Assembly: GCA_045837725.1 (NCBI GenBank)
Contig: JBEWZL010000306.1
Span: forward strand, 1-64,000
Source: Vermamoeba vermiformis
Lineage: Eukaryota
Direction of reading: 5' to 3'
DNA: 64,000 bases
Part shown: piece after piece, positions 37,251 to 50,957 of the stretch
Layout of the letters: every line of letters begins with the position of its first letter
Numbering within the stretch: the stretch's first letter is position 1
Made by a program: the position numbers and the translations under genes
The notes under the pieces: model-generated
Database searches by the model: none
Seen by the model: the letters and a program-made list of their open reading frames with translations, nothing else
What the model was told of the DNA's origin: nothing

Positions 37251-39735
37251 TTATTCTTCGCGGAAAGTCATCCAATCGAAGTTCCAAGTGTCTGGCTGAC
37301 CTGCGTGAGGAACACCAGCGCAGTTAGGATTTTGACTCCAAACGAACACGGGCTATTTGCGTATTAGAATTAGTTCCTTGTTATATCTCTATATATAACT
37401 GTTCCTTACTTGTTGGTCGTGAGTAGGACCACTTTGAGCGATGTAAGCAAAGTCTTTGAACATGACTTGATCTGTTACTTTGACGTCAAGAGCACCACCG
37501 CAGTACACGCTATAAATAGAATCATATTATGATATTGCACAATATTAGTGATTGATTCGCCCTTACTTAGGATTCGAGGGTTGCTCTAAATCGAATCTGC
37601 TGGCGATCTGGTTACCAGGGTCACCCTATCATTTTGCATGAGTAAGGCACGAAAATACGATTCTATCATTGATTATCATACCAATGCGAGAGGGTCGTGT
37701 TGCCAGTTGTTGTAGCGCATGATCTTCTTCATGGCGCTCAAATCAGCAACTTTGTGTTGGTCTCTTCTGAACACATTGGCACGAGGAGCAGTCTCGTAGA
37801 ACAAAGTAGGATCTTTCTTAGCAGCATCAGGATCTACGTTTAACGTTAATACTATGCAATACATCTATGCTAGTGTTACTTACAGCCAGAGATGTCGAAG
37901 ATCTTGGGGAAGAAAGGAATGTTGTAGCTGGGCCAGTAACCGAGGGCCAAGTAGCGAGTGACGTCAGCTGATTCAGTCATGCTACAATAACGGACATTAG
38001 TAACACGCCTTAATATGATTTGTTGTGTCGACCATACCCAGGGATTTGTTCGAGGATCCACAAAGCACCGTCATGCAAGGGCTTCTTAGGAGTGAACTTC
38101 TTGTAGTCAACTACGATCCATTGGTTGTTGTAACTAAATAAACATGAGCAAATCATTATAGCATCGCTGGGAGTGTACTTACGTTCCGCTGTTTTCACGA
38201 GCATAGATCTCAACCCACTCTTTTCCGTTCTTGGCCATACGGTTTGCGACCATAACACGGAAAGTAGTGAAGATCGATTGAGGCTTAACCAAGTCCCACA
38301 AAGTATCGTTCATAATGTCGTTGGTAGTTTCCATAACAGTCAGACCGCTAAACATCAAAATTAGATTGTGGTCAAGCGACACTCGTGTTTTGAACTTACC
38401 TGTCAGTGATGTAGAAGTCGTCTGAAGAGCTAAGAGTGGCGGGATAAGACGAGAACGAGACCTTGAAGGAGGTGGTCGAGGGGTCGTTCAAAGGGAAGTC
38501 GTACACTTTGAGCATTCGGTTCATAGTAGCGTAGTCGTACCAAGTGGTGTGAGCTGTCAAAGCGTATTAACAATAAGCCCCTTAACATTACACGCGCAAT
38601 GGATTGACTTACAGGCATAAAGAGAGGACAAATCACTGGTAACTTTAACCAAGGAAGAGCAGTGGTCACGCTTGGTGATGTAAGCCTTCAATTCAGCAGG
38701 GCTCATGCTGCCAACATTAGGGCGCCAAGAGGCATCGACGACGTTCACAAGATCTATCCAGACTACTGTTAGAACGTCCTGACATCGGCAACAAACTCGT
38801 CCTTACCGCTCACGTCAGGCATGAAACACATCAAGTACAATTGGTTCCAGGTGAATACAGGCTTGCCTCCGGCTTGAGTGGTAGCGTAGACATAACCAGC
38901 GTAGATACCCTCTAATTGAGTCAAGACGTAGCCGACCTATTCATCGCCATAGTTAATAAAAATAAAGGCAGAGATCCGTCGTGACACGAAGATTCGTACT
39001 TGTCTCCAGTAAGGGTCCTGTCTGTTGTTCTTGACTTGGTTGCGAATCCACTTCTCTTGAGTATCACAGAAAGCACCAGCCTTCTTCATGAATTCCTAAA
39101 TGAAGGTTAGATAAGATTTGTTTCAAATCTGCTTTGCGAAGTAGAACGTACTTGGTAGGTAACTCCATCAGGTAATGAAGATTGGAACAAATATTGAATT
39201 TGGCTGTAATATACATTGATTTGAGGAACGGTCATAGCACCTAAATAATAAATGTCAATATAAAATCGGGTAATAAGCGATTATTGATTTTCTCGCTACA
39301 AAAATCATATCTATTACCTTCAACAAATCCTGCTGCGTAAACTTGCTTGGGATCTTCATAAGCAAAAGAGCTGTGGACGTAAAGACGATCCCAACCGGTC
39401 AAATTCATCTCATTATGGAAAATACCCCATGCAACTACGATTAAAAATTATTATTTACATATTAGTTAAATACGAAGCAAAATTTGATTGGATCCGCTTA
39501 TTAAAAAACAACCAGAAAATTCTGAACGACTAATCAAAAGAAACTTACCACCCTTTTCGGTGTCGAGAACACCAGGAACATAAATGTACTCGCCATCCTT
39601 AAGAAAGACGGTCCCCTGATCGGCCAAGCTTTAAAAGAGTTAGATTTCGTGTTTCGCTCATCCCGCGTTAGATAGCGCCTACCTAATGCCAAAGCAAGTG
39701 GCTAAGAGGACAAACAAGGCCAAAGCAGGCTTCAT
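37251..39735 (-). CDS. PLBD: Phospholipase B-like protein, copy B
   Basis: Near-identical inverted copy of 10328-12813. Confidence 0.93.
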
Positions 39736-40339
39736 TTGTGCTCGACTCAATTTATAAAATAAACAAATCATTTTTGGATCATTGTTTCTTTTGCTTGAAC
39801 CAAACAGGTCACGCAAGCTTGATCATCCTAAATCTATTACAACCCTTCATTTAAATATGATAAATCCTCGATTAACTGAACCAAAAACCTTCTTGCATGA
39901 AACGACGTTGGCTTAGAAGTGGTTTTGGTATTAGAAAAGGGATGTAATGCGTAGGGAACGTAAATGTAAGCCTTTGGTATGCATCGATAGAGCTAATTAG
40001 CAACGTTTCATTGGAACTCAATCGTTCCCAATGCGCACGTAAGCATCTGGAATTCAGATCAAAAATAACACTTTCGGAATTCTGCCTTATCCCAAGCTTT
40101 TAACAACGTCGGATGGCAAAAATAGACGTAGCGATTTACAATAGACCAATCGTAAATTACCCGAGCTCAGATGCACTTGTTTTTTCGTGGCCACGTGATT
40201 TTGCACCAATCGCGAAGCTTTTGGTTGGAGATTTTCATACCACGTGTTTTTTTGGCTCCCAAGACAGCAGGCAAACAAAAAGGGGCTTGTTTTCGATCTC
40301 TCAACGAACGAAACACATCCAAGCTAAGCTTTTTTAATC

Positions 40340-42490
40340 ATGTCTTTGGTCACTAAATACACCGTTCAATCCCCGAACGTCCAAGTCACCGACGAGGCTA
40401 TTGTATCCAACTACACCTACAACTTTACCAAGGTCCAAACTAACGGTAATGACGTCGTTGCTACTCCCGTCGACAAGAAGTACACCTTCAAGGTTGACCG
40501 TAAAGTCCCAAAGCTTGGGTAAGCCGACATCCGCAGTTCACGTAATAACTTTTGGGGCGCTAATCCTTTATTTCCAGCTTGATGATCGTTGGTCTTGGTG
40601 GTAACAACGGTTCTACTATCACTGCTGGTATCATTGCCAACAGAGAGTAAGCCCGAAAAACGAAATATTCGCTTTCGCGTTACGTGATCTGACACTTGGA
40701 TGATTCAGGGGTATCACTTGGAGAACCAAGAAGGGTGTTCAAACTCCTAACTATTGGGGCTCTGTTACTCAAGCCTCTACTCTTCGTTTGGGTGAGGATC
40801 AAAACGGAGAAGAGATCTTCGTTCCTTTGAAGAACGTTTTGCCCATGGTACGCATATTTGAACAATTAGGCCGCGAATTTAATAATGTGACGGGGTTTCT
40901 AATGATTACCATTGAAAAATATCTTCGTGTTTTTGGATTTATTATTTCTTTTCCGTTTCTAGAACCTTTTCCTGGTCTATTTATAACCTAAATATTATTC
41001 TATTATGCTCTTATTAATGATCTATGGCGTTAGGTTGAACCCAACGATCTTGTCATCGGCGGATGGGACATTAACAACGCTGATTTGGCTGAGGCTATGC
41101 AACGCGCTGAAGTCCTCGAATGGGACCTTCAACGTCAATTGATCCCCTACATGAAGAAATACAAGCCTCTTCCTTCCATCTACATCCCCGATTTTATTGC
41201 TGCCAACCAAGCCGACCGTGCCAACAACGTTATTGATGCTAAGACTAAGAAGGAGATGGTCGAGCACATCAGACAAGATATCAAGGTAATGTTCCGAAAA
41301 TAACTCCAACCATTCTTTTAATGTTGCAGGACCGGATCTTCGAAACAAAAAAATGACACGTGTCATTGATAAATCAGCGTTATAATATAATTCAATAATA
41401 GAACAAATACGGGAAAATGCAGATTATGCCAAGATTAATTTTTAATTACGATTCACTAAAAAATTCGCTTCTTTACTAACCGAAAGTTGCTATTTAGAAA
41501 TTCAAAGAAGAGAACCAAGTCGACAAGATTGTTGTTGTCTGGTCCGCCAACACTGAACGCTTTGCTGATGTTCGCGCTGGTTTGAACGACACCGCCGACA
41601 ACTTGCTCGCTGCTGTTGAGCGCGACGAGAGCGAAATTAGCCCTTCTACTTTGTTCGCCATTGCTTGCATCTTGGAAGGCGTTCCTTACATCAACGGTTC
41701 TCCTCAAAACACCTTTGTTCCTGGAGCCATCGAATTGGCTGAGCGCCACAACGTTATGATTGGTGGTGATGACTTCAAATCCGGACAAACCAAGGTCAAG
41801 TCCGTCATGGTCGACTTCTTGATTTCTGCTGGTTTGAAGCCCGTTTCCATTGTTAGCTACAACCACTTGGGTAACAATGACGGCAAGAACTTGTCTGCTG
41901 AGAAACAATTCAGATCTAAGGAGATCAGCAAATCCAACGTTGTCGATGATATGGTTGCTTCCAACCAAATCTTGTACCAACCTGGTGACCACCCCGACCA
42001 CTGCGTCGTCATCAAGTACATTCCTTACGTCGGTGACAGCAAGAGAGCTATGGACGAATACATCAGCAAGATCTTCTTGGGCGGCGAGAACACCGTCGTC
42101 ATGCACAACACTTGCGAGGACTCTCTTTTGGCCTCTCCCCTCATCCTCGACTTGGCTTTGCTCGCTGAGTTGATGACTCGTATTACTTACAAGACTGGTA
42201 TGTTTTGAAGTGTCTCGTGCGATCCAGAACTTTTATTAACGTATCTGCAATATATAGAGGGTAGCGAGGAATGGGACACTTTCCACCCCGTTCTCTCCGT
42301 GTTGAGCTACTTGTTGAAGGCTCCCAACACACCTCCTGGCACTCCCATCGTCAACGCTCTCTTCAAGCAAAAGGCTTGCATTGAAAACATCTTCCGTGCT
42401 TGCGTTGGTTTGCCCGCTGAGAACCACATGACCTTGGAGCACAAGCTCATGAAGGAAGTTCAAGCCCGAAAGACCTTCTTGAGGAATTAA
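40340..42490 (+). CDS. INO1: Inositol-3-phosphate synthase
   Basis: [72 protein letters not shown] motifs. Confidence 0.97.
41354..41365. promoter_or_regulatory. TGACACGTGTCA palindrome, copy 3, INO1 intron
   Basis: Exact match, extends to a 16-bp palindrome AATGACACGTGTCATT. Confidence 0.5.
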
Positions 42491-42727
42491 GCCTAGCAAC
42501 AATCCTTCGAATTGTTGATCTGTAAATGTTCATTATTAGCACCATATTTTATATCATATCGACAACCAATTTTGTATCTCTTGTGAACCTTGAATAAAGG
42601 AATTCCGTACTAACACTGCGGATGCGAATTTCTCCACTAAAAATGGCGCAGATCTCGGAACGCTAAGTTATAAACATTAAAGAATTGCAGGGCTAAGCGT
42701 ACAATGAACTTTATTTAACTTAAAAGT

Positions 42728-44300
42728 TTACTCGTCCTTCTTCAAACGCTTATAAGGAGCATCACCAGAGATAACACGATCCAGGGTGTTGCTGATGGTC
42801 TCCTCACTGAAGCTGTCGATCAAAACGAATTTGGATCGCTTAGCGTAGTAGACGACAACGCTGGGCTTAGAGTTGTCGGCAATTTCGAACTTGTCAAGGA
42901 AGCTTTGAGCTTGGTTGCGATCGACCCAAACGAACTCGAACGGGTCGTTGTGGAACTTGGTCGCGAGCGCCTTGTAGACCTTCATTTGCTCGGCGTCTAC
43001 GTAGTCATTACGAGAAGGCTTGTTTTCTTCGGACAATTGAACATCCAACAAACCAATGACGCAGATCGTCTTGGCGCAGACACTACCGAAGGATTAGTGC
43101 GTCTGAATATGATAGAGAATTTAATGGATACCTTTCGACGTTGTCCTTAGTGACCTCCTCGATGCTCTTGGCCTTCTTAGTGACTTGAATGGCACTAGGG
43201 GTTGGCTTGGTTCCTTCTGAGGCAGTTGATCCAGTGCTCTCAGTGGTAGTTTGTTGAGGTTTCTTGGGAGTCTCAGTGGTAGAGCTCTTAGAGCTTGCCG
43301 GGGCGTATTGACTCAAGAACTCGATGAGTGCTTCGGGCTTAATCTCTCCTTCGTAACGGACTGGTTCAGCGCCCTTTGATGGCACAACCAACAATGTGGG
43401 GAACGAGTCCACGTTGTATTGATCAACAACATCTTTGCTCTTTTGATTGACCTCGCCGAAGAGGAGCTCCTTGTGGAATCTCATGCCAAGAGACTTGAGT
43501 ACTGGGGGAGTGGTCGACTTGGAAGTAAACAACAAGACGTGAGGCAGATCCGCAGACTTCTCCAAGAATGTGTTAAGAGCGTCAACGCTGGCTACCTTAG
43601 TGATGGCGGCTTGTAAGTTTTGAATGGCAAAGTCGGCAATAGAGCGTGCGCTTCCTGATCGAGAAAACTCGTTAGAGCCCGAGATGCTCCGCAGCGAAAC
43701 CTTTTATTCATATCTACTTACTATCTCCCTTATAAGTAGGCACTTCGTGACCTCCAGGTAAGAACAATTTCAAGGTAGGATAACCCTCAACCCTAAATGA
43801 GTTCGTCAGATTCCAAAGATCCGTATCTTTCTAATTTGAAATTGCACTTACTTATATTTGGCGCAGAGAGATTGTTCGACCGTGCAATCTACTTTGCCAA
43901 TGTTCACGATTCCTAAAGGAAGCAGAATCCGTTAGTTGGTACTGGCCACGTCATCAATAGGAGAATTACATTGCAATAATACCCAATAATTTGAAAATAA
44001 TTTGAATAATTCGCCATTAGAGAATTAGTTAAAGTGTTGATGTTTTGTGCACTAAAGAGTGGTCGGCTAATAAAAAACGGAGATCTTACCCTTCAAGTTC
44101 GTTCCAACTTGGTCCCAGGTGGGTGCAAGTTGTTTGCAATGTCCACACCATGGTGCATAGAATTTAACAAAGTAAGGGACCTTGGTTTTGAGGACCTCCT
44201 TGTCGAATGTTTTGGAGGTCAGTGAAACCACATCCGCGCTAGCGAGCACTGTAAGCACTAAGCTTACGAGCACGATGGCCTGAAGTATTGATTTGTTCAT
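42728..44300 (-). CDS. Protein disulfide isomerase family protein (one WCGHC thioredoxin domain plus non-catalytic domains)
   Basis: Signal peptide, FYAPWCGHCK, GYPTLK, FPTL; ends KKDE*. Confidence 0.9.
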
Positions 44301-44736
44301 GGATTATTTGTTGCGTTTTGAATTGAGTATTTGAAACTATTGAAACAGAGGAAACAAAAACAAAAAGGACAATGTGACGTCATTACTCAGAACATTATTA
44401 TCCAAAGTAGCAAGGACTACAAGATGCTGTAGAATGTCATAAATAAGCGCTGCACGCATTGCTCTCTTGTGCTGCACTGCTGAGGAAGTCAGATCCTGCA
44501 TTAATCCCTCGATCACGTTCTAATGAGATTTTCTTGGGTTATATCATATTTACCTGACGACTAAATTAATAAACTTCACGAACGTGATGTTTCAAATAAT
44601 AGGGTAATTTCTAGTATGTGTTCTAACAGGGCCGTCGACGTTGGAAAAATCTCTCGTGTAAAAGTTTTTCTTTTATCATTTTTTTGCTCGACCTTCGGAC
44701 ACAGAAGAAGCTCATTAAACACCAGGAAACGATAAT

Positions 44737-47700
44737 ATGGAGCCTCCAGTTAAATTACAGTGTCTTGTGGAGGTTGGTGTCGATTATTAACACGGCCGGA
44801 AATGTTATTATTAAATCCGAAGTAGCCGTTTCATCAAAAATATTATGGATAATAGGTTTCGATTTAGCATATTGAAGGGTATATTTTAACGATTTTTTTA
44901 TAGTTGACCTCGTTGGGCGTGGACCCAAACAACATCAACTTCCAAAAGGTTACCCTGCAGTCCGACAAGTTCGTCTGCGTCAGGGAGCCTTCCCCTACGG
45001 ACCCCACTGCCTCCACCTTGGTAATTGTTGATATGAGCCAGCCTAATCAGCCTAGAAGAACTGGCATCAAGGGAGACAGCGCCATCATGCATCCAAAGGG
45101 CAACATCTTGGCTTTGAAGGGTAATTTATCAATATCCGTCGTGTAATAATTATGAACCGATTATTGTATATCGTGCCTTCATATAATTTCCTTTAATATT
45201 TCGTTTTTTCAAAATATTCAAAAAAACATTTTGAGGGCAATCTGCTCGATCAACCCTTGTGACCAACATCCAAACAATTAATTAACCTCATTATTATAGC
45301 CTCCACCGATGCTCAGAAATTACAAGTTATTAATATTACTGAACGAAAACTTGTCAAAGAACATCAGATGCCGCAACCCGTTTCATTTTGGAAATGGATT
45401 TCAGACACTACCATTGCTATTGTTTCTCAAACCGCAGTTTTCCACTGGAGCATTGAGGACGGTAAGCGAATTAACACCTCGATATTTTTTTTCTGTCTAA
45501 TTTTCCGATCCACAATTTTTTTTAATTAATTGTAATATTAGATTCTGCTCCCAGAAAGATTTTCGATCGTGCTCCCGAATTGAGCGACCATCAAGTAATT
45601 AATTATCACGTTAATGGTAATGGTCAATGGATGGTTTTGGTTGGCATTGCTCCCAGAGTAAGTTCCGCCCGTATTATTTTCCTTATATAGGCATGAATAA
45701 CGAAATCTTTGCGTGCAGGACGGTCGTGTCGTCGGTAACATGCAATTGTACTCTGCTGAGCGTAAAGTCAGCCAAACTATTCCTGGTCACGCAGCCGCTT
45801 TCACTGAAATGACTTTGCCCGGTCAAACTCAACCCTCAACTTTTATTTGCTTCGCTTCTCGCAATGACCCCGCTGCTGCTAAATTCTACGTGTTCGAAGT
45901 CGGCAAGAAGGATACTGTCAGAAAGGCTACTGACATCTTCTTTGCCCCGAACGATGCTGCTGACTTCCCGCTCGCCATCGTTGTTTCACCCAAGACTCAA
46001 TTGGCCTACATGATCACCAAGCAAGGCACTTTGTACATCTACGAGTTGTCCACTGCCAAGCTCGTGTTCATGACCAAGTTCAGTCAAACTGTCGTCTTCA
46101 CTGCTTGCTTGCACGAGGGTACTGACGGTGCCTTGGCTGTCAACCTCAAGGGTCAATTGTTGTCCGTTGCTGTCAACCCCGCCACCATCGTTCCTTACAT
46201 TGTCAACACTTTGCAAGACTTCGAGTTGGCCAAGGCTGTCGCTTCTCGCGGCAACTTCCCTGGTGGTGAAGATTTGTTCAGACGTCAATTCGAGGCTTTG
46301 TTCAGAGCTGGCCAATACGATCAAGCCGTCGCTGTTGCTGTCGAAGCTCCCGCCCTCAGAACCAAGCAAACTATTCAAATGTTCCAATCTCTTCCCACCG
46401 TCCCCGGCAAACAACCCTTCATTATGCAATACTTCCTCATGTTGTTGGAGCGTGGCAAGTTGAACAAGACTGAAGCTGTCGAATTGGCTCGCCCTGTTTT
46501 GCAACAAGGCCGAAAGGATCTCGTCGAGAAGTGGATCAACGAAGACAAGGTAATTTTTAAATTCTTTTATTATTTTGCATCTAATTGTCCCTAAGTCGTG
46601 TGATGATACACTTCTATGATCTCTATGATTATAACTTACCTCCTACTCGAACTGAGACTTGAATATTTGAATTTCACACCATTTGTCTGTCACAAAACAA
46701 TGACTAATAATTTGCACTAGTTTGAAGCCAGTGAAGAATTGGGAGATTTGTGCCGCACTGCCGATCCCAAGCTTGCTTTGAGCGTCTACGTTCGCGCTGG
46801 TGCTCAAGACAAGGTTATTCTTTTGTTGGCCGAGACTGGTCAATTCGTTGCCCTCGTCAAGTACGCTCAACAAAAGAACTACACTCCCGACTACATGGCC
46901 CTCTTGACTGCTCTTGTCGTCAGCAACCCTGCCGGCGCCGCTGAATTCGCCAAGGTTTTGATGCTCAATGAGGCCGGCTCTTTGGTCGACAAGTCTGCCG
47001 TTCTTGACTTGTTCATCAACAAGGGCAAGATTCAAGAAATCAGCACTGTCATGTTGGACGTCATGACTGGTGACAAGCCCGAAGACGGTGCTTTGCAAAC
47101 CAAATTGCTCGAAGTCAACTTGTCTTACAACCCTGCCGCTGCTGACTTCATTTTGGGCCGCGGAATTTTCACTCGCTTCAACACCAAGCGCATTGCCGAG
47201 TTGTGCGAGAGCAAGGCTCTTTACTTGCGCGCTCTTGAGCTCTTCGATGACGCTCGTGACGCCCGTCGTGTCATTCAACAACACGGTGACACCATCGACA
47301 ACAGCCAATTCTGGGTTGATTACTTTGCTCGCTGGGCTACCAACCCCACTGAAATGCTTGACTTGTTGCGCGACTTGTTGAAGAACAACTTGACCAAGAA
47401 CTTGACCAACGCCGTCTTGATTGCCCAAAAGTACACTGCTCCCGACAAGCTCAACCCCAACACTGTCATCAAGTTGTTCGAGGAAGTTAACAGCAACGAG
47501 GGCAAGTTCATGTACTTGCAAGGCATCGTCGCTTTCACTCAAGACCCCGAGATTGTTTACAACTACATCGAGTCTGCTGCCAAGTCCGGTCAAATCAAGG
47601 AAGTCGAACGTGTCGTCCACGAGAACAACAGCTACGACGGTGCTCGTGTTCGTGACTTCTTGATGGAAGCCAGATTGCCCGATCAAATGCCTCTCATTAT

Positions 47701-50486
47701 TGTTTGCAACAAGTTCAACTTTGTCAACGAGTTGACTAACTACCTCTACCGCAACGGTATGAAGCAATACATCGAAGCCTACGTTCAAAACTTCCCCGTC
47801 AACACACCCGCTGTCGTTGGTGCTCTTTTGGACAATGAGGCCAACGAAGACTTCATTCGTGGCTTGCTCCAAACTGTTGGTGGCTTGTGCTCCGTTGAAT
47901 TGTTGGTTGATGAAGTCGAGAAGCGCAACAAGTTGAAGATTTTGCAAGGTTGGTTGGAGAAGCGAGTCTCTGAAAGCAACAAGGAACCCGCCACTCACAA
48001 CGCTTTGGCCAAGATCTACATCGATACTCAACGCGACGCTGAGGCCTTCTTGACCACCAACATGTTCTACGACAGCAAGGTCGTCGGTAAATACTGCGAG
48101 AGCCGCAACCCTAAGTTGGCTGTTGTTGCCTACAAGAGAGGTTTCTGCCACACTGAACTCATTGAAGTTACCAACGCCAATGGCTACTACACTTTGCAAG
48201 CCAAGTACCTCGTTGAACTTCAAAACTTCGAGCTCTGGCAACAAGCTCTTTCCAACGACAACACTCACCGTGATGCCGTTGTCGACGCTGTTATCAACAC
48301 TGTCATCCCTGAAACCAAGAACACCGATCAAATCAAGGCTACCCTCAAGGCCTTCGGTCACATCCCCGACAAGCTCTTGTTGTTGTTGGAGAAGATTGTC
48401 TTGGGCAACACTGAATTCGGCAAGTTCGCCAAGCTCCAAAACTTGCTCATCGTCACTGCCGTCCGCTCTGAGCCCACCAAGGTTATGGACTATATTACCC
48501 GTTTGGATGCTTACGACGGCATTGAAATCGCCGATGTTGCTCTCGGTGCTGGTTTGAACGAGGAAGCTTTCTTCATCTACCGCAAGATGGGCGAGCACGT
48601 CAAGGCTATCAATGTCTTGTTGACCAAGATTCAAGACATCGAGCGTGCTACTGACTTCGCTGAACAAACTAAGCAACCTGAAGTCTTCACTGAACTCGCC
48701 AAGGCTGAATTGGCTAGCGGCAAGGTCAAGGAAAGTATTGACGCTTACATCAAGGCCCAAGAGCCCAACAACTACAACGCCGTCATTGAGGCCGCCAAGA
48801 AGGCTGATTTGTACGACGATTTGGTCAGATACTTGCAAATGGCCAGAAAGAAGGCTCGTGAGTGGAAGATCGAAACTGAGTTGGCTTACTCATTGGCCAA
48901 GATCAACAAGTTGAACGAGCTCACTGACTTCATCAGCGGACCTAACTACGCTCGTATCCAAGACGTCGGTGATCGCTGCTTCGAAGAAGGTTTGTACGAA
49001 GCTGCTCGCATTTTGTTCAGCAACAACAACAACCACTCCCGCTTGGCCGCTACTTTGGTCAAGTTGAAGCAATACGCCGCTGCTGTTGAAGCCGCCCGCA
49101 AGGACGGTGCCATCAGCACTTGGAAGAACGTCTGCAAGGCTTGCGTTGAAGCCAAGGAATTCAAATTGGCTCACCAAGCTGGTCTCCACGTTATTGTTCA
49201 AGCCGACGAATTGGAGGATCTGATCCGATTCTACGAGCGACGAGGCTACTTCAACGAAATGTTGGAGCTCCTCGAAGATGGTTTGCACCAAGAGAATGCC
49301 CACCCGTCCTTGAAGACCGAGTTGGCCATCCTCTACTCCAAGTACAGCCCTCAAAAGTTGATGAAGCACATCCAAGCTTACCACGACACTATCACGATCC
49401 CCAAGGTCGCCTCTGTTGTTGACAAGAACCAACAATGGAGCGAGTTGTGCTTCTTGTACACCAAGTACGGCGAGTTCGACAAGGCCATTAACTGCATGAT
49501 CAAGCACTCTGCTGATGCTTGGGACCACATTACCTTCAAAGAGACCATCCTCCGTGTTTCTAACATCGACCTCTACGACGAGGGTCTCAAGTTCTATGCT
49601 AACGAACAGCCCACTTTGGTCAACGACTACTTGAAGACTATTGCCAATGTCGTCGAGAACCGTCGTGTCGTTTCTACTGCCAAGAAGAACGGCTACCTCG
49701 CTTTGATCAAGTCTTACTTGGAGTTTGCTCAAGAGAAGAACGTCCAAGAGATCAACGACGCCCTCAACGATTTGTACATTGAAGAAGAGGACTACGAAGC
49801 TCTTCGCAAGTCCGTTGATCTTTTCGACAACTTTGACAGCTTGTCTTTGGCCAAGAAGCTCAAGACCAACGAGCTCCTCGAGTTCCGACGCATCTCTGCC
49901 CACTTGTACAGAGTAAGTAACTTAGAGGCCGTTCATACTTGCGATCACGTGCTAACAGTTTTGTTATTAGCGTAATGGCCACTGGGCTGAGGCTTTGGAA
50001 ATCTCAAAGGCAGACAAGCTTGACGAGGAGTCCGTGAAGACTGCTGCCGAGTCCAACAACACTGAAGTTGCCGAGGACTTGTTGCGATACTTTGTCCAGA
50101 CCAAGAACTCTCACAGCTTCGCCGCTGCGTTGTTCACTTGCTACGACTTGGTCCGCCCCGACGTTGTTTTGGAGTTGGCTTGGGAGAGCAAGATGATCGA
50201 CTTTGCTATGCCTTACATGATCCAATTTGTTCGCGAGTACACTACCAAGGTCGACAAGTTGGAGAAGGCTTTGCAGTTCCAACAACAGCCTATGATGGTT
50301 GTTCCTAACATGACCAACGCTCCTTTCGCATCCAACCAAGGAGTGGCAATGCAACAATTGTTCGCCACGAACCCTAACCCTGGCGTCGTTCCTCCTCAAA
50401 TGACCGGTCAACCCATGCCTCCTCAAATGATGGGACAACAATTCGGTCAATTCCAAGGTGCTCCTCAACAGTTCTTCCACCAATAA
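44737..50486 (+). CDS. CHC: Clathrin heavy chain
   Basis: SDKFVCVRE, DSAIMHP, GNMQLYS.ERKVSQ, DFP, ELARPVL, SEELGD, DQMPLIIVC, HNALAKIYID, YIEEEDY..LR, LLEFRRI, RPDVVLELAW. Confidence 0.98.
46593..46660 (+). ncRNA. Box C/D snoRNA in a clathrin intron
   Basis: Terminal stem AAGTC/GACTT, C box GTGATGA (46600-46606), internal D'/C'-like ATGA...ATGATT, D box CTGA (46652-46655), about 60 nt upstream of the 3' splice site. Confidence 0.8.
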
Positions 50487-50957
50487 GCGAGATCTTGGAA
50501 CAACACTTTTTTGCTGTATTAATCGATAAATAATATAAAAATCTATTTAAAATAGTTTATTGTGAACTAGGATCGTGGTGCAGCGCTGTCGTACAAAAAA
50601 AGGTGGCAAATTTCGTCGCTTAATTTTGGTTTTCATTGAGATCCAGCGGCACGCGAAGACTTGGCGCGACTTCTTGCACACCATTACGATATTATTGTTG
50701 TAACTAGACACCACAAGTCTACTATTTATTTAGACTTAGAAGAAGACATAAAGAGCCGCATTAACTTGGTAGAGGCGAAACCGATCTGTCTGCGATCCAC
50801 TTCTCAGTGTTTTGCTAAAAATCTAAAAAATACAATTTAGCACCGCCAAATACTATTTTTAAATAGCGTAGGTATTAAAATTCATTTCTAAATGGTGTAG
50901 TATTTATTCACTAACGTTTTGTAAATACTGACAGGATTTAAAAACAAGGTTCTGCAA

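Larger units (their letters stand above)
33838..40239 (-). repeat. Right arm of ~6.4 kb inverted segmental duplication
   Basis: Reverse complement of 9818-16181. Confidence 0.95.

Noticed and set aside
45986-50483. Long antisense ORFs (731, 337, 173 and 159 aa) opposite clathrin, and similar ones opposite INO1, the LRR exon and 28587-29246
   Set aside because: Expected shadow of strong codon bias (few TTA/CTA/TCA codons in the sense frame); no recognisable protein features.
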